Below, in pieces: positions 8,401-13,708 of a stretch of 32,000 nucleotides of DNA. The stretch comes from Acaryochloris thomasi RCC1774 (GTDB lineage: Bacteria > Cyanobacteriota > Cyanobacteriia > Thermosynechococcales > Thermosynechococcaceae): contig NZ_PQWO01000001.1 of the NCBI RefSeq assembly GCF_003231495.1, forward strand, positions 300,001 through 332,000. Direction: 5' to 3'. A program made the position numbers and the translations under genes. Position 1 is the first letter of the stretch, and each line of letters starts with the position of its first letter. Below the pieces are notes generated by a model. The model made no database searches. It was not told the origin of the DNA and was given only the letters and a program-made list of their open reading frames with translations.

Positions 8401-10923
8401 TGCTGCCTGCAATACATAGCCGATGAAACGCTCTAACTCTGGCTCAGCAGCCAATGTATCTAATGTCTCTTTGAGAACATCGTTTGCTTTGGCCAGTTCT
8501 GCAACCCGATTTTGGGCCGCCTGTTCCCGCTCCTGAACAATTGCAGACTGTCGACTCTGTTCAGCTAAGTGAGTGAGCTGAACAGCTAAAGCGACCTGAT
8601 TGGTGAGGGCATAGCCTAGCTGTACTGCATGCTCTGAGAATGTTTGTCCTTCAGGTAATAAAACAGCGATTGACCCATAGGACCGATCGCCAAGGATAAC
8701 CGGAAAGTTAATTGCTTTATCTACGGGGTGAGTTACGCCATGCTGTTCACACCAAGTCCATACGTTTTGCACAATAGGAGAAGCAAATGGATTGTTGAGA
8801 GAAAAATCTGCCTCAATATGCTGAGTACGATGCAAAAGTTTTTCGTTATGGATTAATGGCGGCGGCACCGGAAAACCCTCAACGCCGTGATGCCCTACAA
8901 GCTTTTCACTGACTAAGATTTCTCCATTTACAACAGCCAGCTCTAGGTATGCAGTTTTATCTTCATGCCGCCAGTATTCTAAAAGAGGTGCATTGAATTG
9001 CTGCGCAATGGCTTGCAATACGTAGCCCAAAAAACGTTCCAGCTCTGGCTCAGTTGCCAATGTGTCTAAGGTTTCTTTGATGACATCATTAGCTTTGACA
9101 AGTTCTGTCACTCGGTCTCGGGCTGCCTGTTCGCGCTCTAACAACACATTGCGCTCGGCAGCTTCGCGGGCTTCGCGATTTTGTAGCTCTGCATCACGAA
9201 GTCGTTCGCGTTCAATAGCACTTCCAATACAGTCGGCAACAGTTTTTAAAACCGCTAGTTCAGCATCGCTTCGCTGTCGTGATACGCGACAATCGTCAAA
9301 GTAAATAATGCCCCAGTAGCGCCCCTGCAGCAGGATAGGAACCACGTGCATTGACTGTACGCCAATCTTTTGTTGAATATTGTGCAAGGGTCCGGATAGA
9401 TCATCGATCAAGAAACTAAATCCTTCGCCCCGAATAAACTGTGCATAGTGTTCTGCAACGCCTTCATAGGAACCCTGCATCAGTTCAGGATGATGTCTAT
9501 GTGCAACCAAGGCGGTGTGGGGAGAGTTCCATTCATAGACAACCTGCCACAGCCCAAAAGATGTCTCTGACGGATTTTCAAGATGTTCAACGATGCCCAC
9601 CCGATCGGTGTCAACGGCTTCCCCAACAATTTGCAGGGCTGTGTTGACAGCCTGATCAAAGTCTTCAATCGTGAGCAGAATATTTGCCGCCGCTGCTGTG
9701 GCTTCTAAGATGCGATCGCGCCCTTCTAAAACCTGATTGTGGGCTTCTAGCTCAGTCGCACGGGCCAAGGCAGTGGCTTCCTTTTGTTTTAGATTGCGAT
9801 CGCGTTCAATCGCATTCCCGATACAGGTCGCCGCCGTCTCTAAAACTGCAATTTCAGCATCAGACCAAACTCGCTCTGTAGTGCAGTCATCAAAACCCAG
9901 TACGCCCCACCACTGACCTGCCACCGAAATTGGAACCGCGACTAAGGATTGAGTTTGGCCCGCTACATTTACATCTCGTGCAACACCATCAAGGTCGCGA
10001 GTTAGAAGCTTGACCACTTGCCCTTGCGACATTGACTCGACAAGATGTGATGGGAAGGCATTCATTGCAAGAGGTAACGCATCGGCAACCACCGTCGAGG
10101 CAGGAATGCCGGGTGTTGTCCACTCGTAAGGGAGAGCCCAAAGAATCTCTTTTGTTTCAGGATCGAGAAGATTCTCAAACACATAAACTCGGTCTTGCTG
10201 AGTTCCTTCCCCTAAAATCTTGAGTGCTTCATGAATGGTCTGAGCAAAATCCTCACTGGCCACCAAACATTGTGCTGCCGCATTGACGCTGTTGAGTAAT
10301 GCATCCCGCTGCTGTAGCTGCTGGTTAAAGCTCTCCAAATCAGCCAGACTTGCTCGCCGCTGCAGCGCTCCTGCAAAGTTGGCTGCCGCCGTCTCAAGTA
10401 CCGCAATCTCTGCCTCGCTCCACACTCGTGCAGTGGTGCAGTCATCAAAGCCAAAATTGCCCCAATATATACCTTGTATAAAAATCGGCACCGTCAATAC
10501 TGACAGCGCCTGTTCTTGTTTCTGTTTCGCTTGGCCGGCTGCTGACATTTCCTGGGCCAGCTTTTGTACTGAGCGACCAGCCTTTAGCTCATTGAGCCAA
10601 TCGCGATAGCCGTCAATTTCGCTATACAACATCGGGTATTGGCCCGATATTTCACGACTTTTCACGACCTCTGGGACGGTCCACTCATAGGGGCAGGTCG
10701 CAAATTCTCTTTGGGTTTGAGGATCAACGTGGTTTTGGTAGATGAAGATGCGATCTATGCCAGCGGAGGTTGCGATCGCATCCAACGCCCCGTTCACTGC
10801 CGCATCAAAATCTGCGACAACTAAGAGCCGCCGTGCTGCTTCGGCGACCCCACTCAGCAGCGCATCTCGTCGCTGCGGCTCATCGGGTGGAGAGGGTAAA
10901 TGTCCGTTCGCCGTCGCAGTCAT
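2437..10923 (-). CDS. Giant multi-GAF sensor histidine kinase: 13 tandem GAF modules, then HisKA_3, then HATPase_c. No TM segment.
   Basis: One uninterrupted 8.5-kb ORF. The track start at 10941 is a TTG, and the first ATG is at 10923 (MTATANGH...). The GAF C-terminal signature (VPI..G..WG..FDDC....W...E...L...A..IG.AI.R, or the variant G.L..AF......L......L...LA.Q..LAIQ...LAE) occurs 13 times. The C-terminus has LAREIHDTLAQTF (HisKA_3 H-box, His codon at 3049-3051) and VIDNGKGF...GGFGLLGIRER (HATPase). Confidence 0.95.
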   Translation of the reverse strand: MTATANGHLPSPPDEPQRRDALLSGVAEAARRLLVVADFDAAVNGALDAIATSAGIDRIFIYQNHVDPQTQREFATCPYEWTVPEVVKSREISGQYPMLYSEIDGYRDWLNELKAGRSVQKLAQEMSAAGQAKQKQEQALSVLTVPIFIQGIYWGNFGFDDCTTARVWSEAEIAVLETAAANFAGALQRRASLADLESFNQQLQQRDALLNSVNAAAQCLVASEDFAQTIHEALKILGEGTQQDRVYVFENLLDPETKEILWALPYEWTTPGIPASTVVADALPLAMNAFPSHLVESMSQGQVVKLLTRDLDGVARDVNVAGQTQSLVAVPISVAGQWWGVLGFDDCTTERVWSDAEIAVLETAATCIGNAIERDRNLKQKEATALARATELEAHNQVLEGRDRILEATAAAANILLTIEDFDQAVNTALQIVGEAVDTDRVGIVEHLENPSETSFGLWQVVYEWNSPHTALVAHRHHPELMQGSYEGVAEHYAQFIRGEGFSFLIDDLSGPLHNIQQKIGVQSMHVVPILLQGRYWGIIYFDDCRVSRQRSDAELAVLKTVADCIGSAIERERLRDAELQNREAREAAERNVLLEREQAARDRVTELVKANDVIKETLDTLATEPELERFLGYVLQAIAQQFNAPLLEYWRHEDKTAYLELAVVNGEILVSEKLVGHHGVEGFPVPPPLIHNEKLLHRTQHIEADFSLNNPFASPIVQNVWTWCEQHGVTHPVDKAINFPVILGDRSYGSIAVLLPEGQTFSEHAVQLGYALTNQVALAVQLTHLAEQSRQSAIVQEREQAAQNRVAELAKANDVLKETLDTLAAEPELERFIGYVLQAASQQFNAPLVEYWHHSEQSVAYIEQAAVQGEIATAEQLAGHPGLEGFAVLSELVNEEQLQERLTHFLIDDLAADPLVAEVYPRLLRWCERQGVRPHREVNIPVTLGGTSFGSLVIYLPQSQQFSDEQIELGYALAHQMSLAIQLTQLSEETKRVALLEERDRISQQRAIELSQVSNVLKDSLNRLASEHDLDVFLGHVVDTINQQVGAAAGHIFLHDPKTDTLSQRLSVRFGQMTTGSAEHDPPIFHAPVPANITPAYALMCESREIILASMNSDEPLFWPGTLEWHRQMGHQEAAALALRAGDRAIGWLGLAFTDKNSLTPEEKELIFALADQAGLAIQMAQLAEETKQTAVIKEREQFAQTRATELETHNQVLEKRDRILEATATASNILLSDGDFDTAVSSALQVLGESVGCDRAFVAQQFNDPVGETLGFLRILYEWDSPGISSQTSDYEGLQDISWQDWSIEDWYYRNLNGKAFGQTIDNFSERFRQLQQEVGSQAVHNIPIFVEGSFWGVVGTDHCCEKRLLTDAELAVFKTAASCIGNAIEREQIRKAREAAERNVLLEREQFAQTRAVELENHNLVLEKRDRILEATAAAANVMLTAIDFDSAIHTALQIVGEGLEVDRINLGEHFEAISQQESGYHQFLYEWNTHNTPRQMDLPAFARISDSGMEFAVDALRRGDAFGGIVDELPEPFRSEQLGLGVMSTYAIPIHVDNNFWGVIAFDDCHQLTRRSEAELEALKTLANCIGNAIDRDRIRKEREAAILIRATELEAYNQALEERDLILEATAAVSNVLLTDIDFDTAFNEAMQIIGEAVGTDRVGIAENLADLTETEPGHWRVINEWTAPGITPVAQIHDPEPMQGSYAGAEQLYALHQRGDGFSLLTEQMTEPFRSSMTFVGVQTLHSVPIILRGNYWGTIVFGDCRQQRLRSSAELAALQTVADCIGNAIDRDRIRKEREAAAQARTTELETFNQQLQLRDSLLNSVNAAAQCLVATEDLSTALPAMLQILGEGTRQCRAYILQNSQDEQTHELIFNLTLEWNAPGIPTKREAGGRFPVPINAFPDHLTAPLKAGRSTQFLASELDGLDKRDQGQALSLVGVPITVEGEWWGLLGLDDCIYERVWSEAEIAVLETAATSIGNALERDLTRKEREAAANLRATELENHNLVLKKRDRILAATASAASSLLASEDFEQAVSLVLQTVGEALNTNEFGIVQTTGDPEDPASLRWAVLYKWDVEQGGSRATPEQPLEQGPCLQAWEWHQLLCRGHNFSATLDEMPEAFRQLSVQSGIQVRHGIPIFVAGQYWGMLGFSDRQGSPQRISAEFAALETAAACIGGAIEREQLRQAELLTRKAHEAAEREVLLAHERAARAVELETANQILSTRERWLDATAAAASELLANADVGASVDAALKTIGVNLGCDRIGIMQHFSEPTGLGYFRILYEWDSPNTLPQIVDPEINQLPANLFENWSRQLMADHWVGGLVAELDEPFRSTMQELNTLSTYAVPMFVEAEFWGLMFMDHCKEVRQLTPAELAVFNTAATCIGSAIYRDQMRAEREQAERDVLLQQEREQAAQQQATELAKANESLNRTIGALAENPELHEFLGLLLAELAQQTSACETHLFLYDAETHTLKQHCAVKDGHIYMGATPTDPDMFRHPFPADLTGAWQAILDAPNPLTFDDLGSWDESELSLWWPESIPWHRREGHRDVACARMKAGNQPIGFIGFAFRDRTSLTDGQLEFIQALTNQATLAIQLTRLAEQNQSAALVNERNRLAREIHDTLAQTFTGVSLQLEAVRGITTPANGAEPTLEDFNEAQTYIRRARDLARAGLSEARRSVRSLRSAALETDALPDALRKTLTQTTRDTGLETHFYLEGDPIPLPDDIQLNLLRISQEAVTNTLRYAQATQLDLTLSFTSQPNQQQVQLRVIDNGKGFDTTQLSQKGGFGLLGIRERTAHFEGTFELLSTPNIGTTLDIVIPLSP
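3150..10870 (-). repeat. Intragenic tandem array of 13 modules, each about 600 nt (coiled-coil linker plus GAF), inside the giant kinase
   Basis: The WG...C/AF signatures fall at roughly 10445, 9890, 9295, 8670, 8075, 7470, 6850, 6225, 5630, 5045, 4460, 3825 and 3205, a spacing of about 555-635 nt. An exact 26-nt repeat, aggatgcgatcgcgtttctctaaaac, occurs at 6629-6654 and 7259-7284, exactly 630 nt apart. A related stretch begins at about 9711. Confidence 0.8.
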
Positions 10924-11468
10924 AGTCGCGCTTGCCAGCAATAGAGACAGTCAATCAGTGACTCGATTTTCTCATGCAGTGGCTTTCCTTATCTTGCTTG
11001 CACGTCCTGAAAGCCAGTGACAGTAGACTTATTCTAATGACCCACGGCGTATATGTTAATCTTGCCCATTACGGCAAAGCAGTCTACCTAATTCTTGTTG
11101 TCCTCTATTATATTCTTGCGAAATCGCTCCACACGTATTCCGTCATACAGCCACCGAGAGAGACGTGAAGCGCAGCATCATTTTGTTTTTAAAGCTGTAA
11201 TCCCAGCTATACACCCACAATTAGATCAAATCGCGGACCTATAGCCATCAGAAAGTTATATTCAGATTTTATCTCTGTCTTAGAGGGTAAAACTGCAGAA
11301 AACGCAAATATGAGATAGCTATCGGTGATTAGCGACCCTAGCCGATCGATAGGGAAACAAGCCTTGCGATCGCTCAGCAAACATCCTGCGTTTGCGGTAG
11401 TCGTGTTTTCTAGAGCTATCTCTGACGATGGTAGAAGTAATACCCCCAACCCCGATGGGAATATCGAC

Positions 11469-12047
11469 ATGCCACTCCAGGAAACGATGCCAACCATCAA
11501 AGATGTTGACCACACCCGAGGCTCGTTATCGGCAGCTCTATTAATGATGACCTATGGTGATTATCAATGTCCCCAGTCTGGAAAAGCCCATCAAGCGGTA
11601 GAAAGACTACGCCACGTCCTCGGTAATCAGCTATGCTTTATTTTCCGCCATTTCCCAAGACCCGAAATTCATGCTCAATCTCAGAAAGCAGCAGCCATCG
11701 CTGAGGCTGCCGGAAGCCAGGGTAAGTTCTGGGAAATGCACGACAAGCTATTTGAAAATCAACAGGCCCTCGATGATGCCTCTCTCGTCGCATATGCCGA
11801 TGAACTAGGACTGAATATCTGTCAATTTTTGCAAGAGATCGGCGGGCACGCCCACCACTCACAGATCCAAGCCAATGTGGAAAGTGGTCAACAGCAAGGC
11901 GTTCAGGAGACACCCACTGTGTTTATCAACATCCGCCAGAAAGGTGCGGTAAACATCGAGCCCTTTATCCAACAATTTTTGGATGTCATCGATCAGAGTG
12001 GTGACTGCACGTCCGTTATCAGAGCATCAGCAGTAGATCGGTCATAA
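11469..12047 (+). CDS. DsbA-family thioredoxin-fold protein with a monothiol CPQS active-site motif
   Basis: The ORF track gives 11325..12047. The likely real start is ATG 11469 (MPLQETMPTIKDV) or 11487. The sequence LLMMTYGDYQCPQSGKAH...FIFRHFP...AAEAAGSQGKFWEMHDKLF..Q.....L..YA..LGL....F......H...I....ESG...GV..TPTVFIN fits the DsbA/thioredoxin_4-like pattern. Confidence 0.75.
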   Translation: MPLQETMPTIKDVDHTRGSLSAALLMMTYGDYQCPQSGKAHQAVERLRHVLGNQLCFIFRHFPRPEIHAQSQKAAAIAEAAGSQGKFWEMHDKLFENQQALDDASLVAYADELGLNICQFLQEIGGHAHHSQIQANVESGQQQGVQETPTVFINIRQKGAVNIEPFIQQFLDVIDQSGDCTSVIRASAVDRS

Positions 12048-12178
12048 CAACAAGCCTAGGGCGGATGAGTTATAAGTCAATGACAGCCTCGCGAGATGCG
12101 GTCTACTTATCAACAAGGACAGCGCTAGGGGCTGCCACCATGTCAATCTCTTTTTACAGCATTGCTTCCACAGACGAA

Positions 12179-13309
12179 CTACCGACGGAGAATCGCGGCT
12201 ATAGGAACGTTATCAAAAGGCATCTGCTCCAAAATATGAACCTGCCCGCCCCGCAGCCAGGTCTGTACTGCGGCAAAATTTAATAGATCGTCTAGCTCCT
12301 CGACCCTACTTTTTTGCAACTCAATCTTGTCAGTCTGTGGATTGAAGCGACCCCAGATCTGTCTCCCAGCAGCCACGAATAAAGTCTCAACTTGGCCATT
12401 GTGAGCCGCTCGAACAATACCCTGTAAATCGGTATGGGTTTGCTCTGTTGAAGATAAATATCGGTATTGTGAGATCGCCTGTTGCTTCACGTGCTGAAAA
12501 TGGGGGGCAACCGTCTGCCAAGCGTACTGATGCAGTGATTCAGAACTGAGCAATTCTTGATTATCTGCTCTGCATGTATGAAGTATAGACGTACAGGGAT
12601 TAGCACGCTGATAAATAGAACACAGAGCTTCCGTCCCCATCAAGAGCAAAGGTATCTGCGGATCATGCCGCCAAGACATCACTCGCTCATTGATCTTTTG
12701 AAAGCGGCGAAAAATTTCACTATCTGCGCGGTCAAGCCCTTGTCTCTGATCAACAGGAGAATGGCTGATGGTACTGCGATCGTAACGTTGAAGTTGTTCT
12801 TCAAAATTGTCGCGGAGTAAGACTTTCGCAAGACTTTGAGGCACGTCCGCTAGATTAAGGGGTTCAATGGAGTGTTGAGTTGCCCGAAAGAGTCGGGGCT
12901 GATTTTGGTGCACCGCCAGAATTAAAAATTTCGTGTTCTCCGTGAGCAGTGGCAGCAAAGGTTTGAGATGAAAGCGATGGGTAACAATGGCCAAGGTTCG
13001 GAAACGGATGGGCAGTGAGTAGGTGCGAAATATCTCTGGACTACAGAAAATTGCCAGCCCCTGCCGCTGCTGCCCAAAGTCATGCTGCTCAATCAGTGCC
13101 TTCAATGATCTAAGCAGCGCCACGGCATCGAATGGGAACCATTTTCCGGTTGCGAGCTGGACCTGAACCTCGTTGAGTAGACGCCTCAAACGGATAGGAG
13201 CAGAGGGAGCCTGCTGTTCTGTCAAGTCAGTGGGCATATAGATCGAGACCCGGGGTCTACCCGTTGACTCCATCAATTCCTTTAGTTGGGTCTCATGTAG
13301 AAATGTCAT
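12179..13309 (-). CDS. Hypothetical protein, candidate bacterial eRF1/Pelota-like (baeRF-type) domain protein
   Basis: The ORF track start at 13330 is a GTG, and the first ATG is at 13309 (MTFLHETQLKELMESTGRPRVSIYMPT...). The N-terminal VSIYMPT...IRLRRLL, the mid-protein HRFHLKPLLPLL and the C-terminal LRGGQVHILEQMPFDNVPIAAILRR resemble baeRF families as I recall them. The C-terminal part matches the eRF1/Pelota domain-3 ending GG..AILR[YF]. This is recall only and no HMM search was run. Confidence 0.65.
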   Translation of the reverse strand: MTFLHETQLKELMESTGRPRVSIYMPTDLTEQQAPSAPIRLRRLLNEVQVQLATGKWFPFDAVALLRSLKALIEQHDFGQQRQGLAIFCSPEIFRTYSLPIRFRTLAIVTHRFHLKPLLPLLTENTKFLILAVHQNQPRLFRATQHSIEPLNLADVPQSLAKVLLRDNFEEQLQRYDRSTISHSPVDQRQGLDRADSEIFRRFQKINERVMSWRHDPQIPLLLMGTEALCSIYQRANPCTSILHTCRADNQELLSSESLHQYAWQTVAPHFQHVKQQAISQYRYLSSTEQTHTDLQGIVRAAHNGQVETLFVAAGRQIWGRFNPQTDKIELQKSRVEELDDLLNFAAVQTWLRGGQVHILEQMPFDNVPIAAILRR

Positions 13310-13708
13310 TGATGTAGATTGCCACGGCACTCACGCAAGTCATACTGGCACCGGGGACCGACTCTGCAATACTCTCTGAAGCTGCCGCAGCGCTGTAAAC
13401 CTCAAAATCCTGCCAACTAGAGATCCATAGCCTCACCGAGTTGCCGAAGCTGTGAATGTATCTATATACAATCTAGGAGAACAATGCCTGAGCAAGCATC
13501 CACCATTGGTTATAAATAGAACTAATACTTAGAATCCATATTTCTTATGTTTCTGAGCAAGCGGGCTTTCGAGCAGCTCAGCTCGCTTCTCGATTAATCA
13601 CCATAACTTTTGCGCATGTTTACCAGCACCGCCTGCTTTACAAAGTTATGGACCGTATACTGTGACTACCGTGCCCTGTCGATGTAAGTCGAGCGAAAGA
13701 ATGCCAGC

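Noticed and set aside
2264-10824. Many 60-135-aa ORFs on both strands inside the giant kinase gene (for example 2935-3342, 6518-6844, 9062-9304, 10283-10609)
   Set aside because: All are nested within, or antisense to, an 8.5-kb ORF with clear domain homology along its whole length. Their translations are Ser/Arg/Ala-rich, which is typical of antisense frames. None has independent support.
3150-10870. Whether the 13 GAFs of the giant kinase are bilin-binding cyanobacteriochromes
   Set aside because: None of the 13 modules has a Cys-His dipeptide in the helix preceding the VPI strand, nor a DXCF motif. The region where the chromophore Cys would sit contains no Cys at all in most modules.
3150-10870. 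The conserved Cys in the FDDC/DHC motif (8 of 9 class-A modules) as evidence for a multi-thiol redox sensor
   Set aside because: The same position is a Cys in ordinary cyanobacterial GAF domains, for example LIAHHC in the kinase at 13709. It is therefore a family-wide structural feature rather than specific evidence for redox sensing. Module 11 has lost it (FSDRQG) with no other sign of decay.
11325-11468. The N-terminal 48-codon extension of the DsbA-like ORF, and the antisense ORFs 11207-11515 and 11319-11513
   Set aside because: The extension has no homology and no convincing signal peptide. The region is the AT-richer intergenic/promoter zone, so an internal ATG at 11469 or 11487 fits the family better.
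12209-12217. The GGQ tripeptide in the eRF1-like protein (LRGGQVHIL) as a catalytic release-factor motif
   Set aside because: It lies in the C-terminal domain-3-like region about 25 residues from the end, not in the middle-domain loop where the eRF1 GGQ sits. It corresponds to the conserved GG of the eRF1/Pelota C-terminal strand and is probably coincidental.
12065-12283. 72-aa plus-strand ORF overlapping the 3' end of the eRF1-like gene
   Set aside because: It overlaps a better-supported gene on the opposite strand, has no motifs and has an odd composition.
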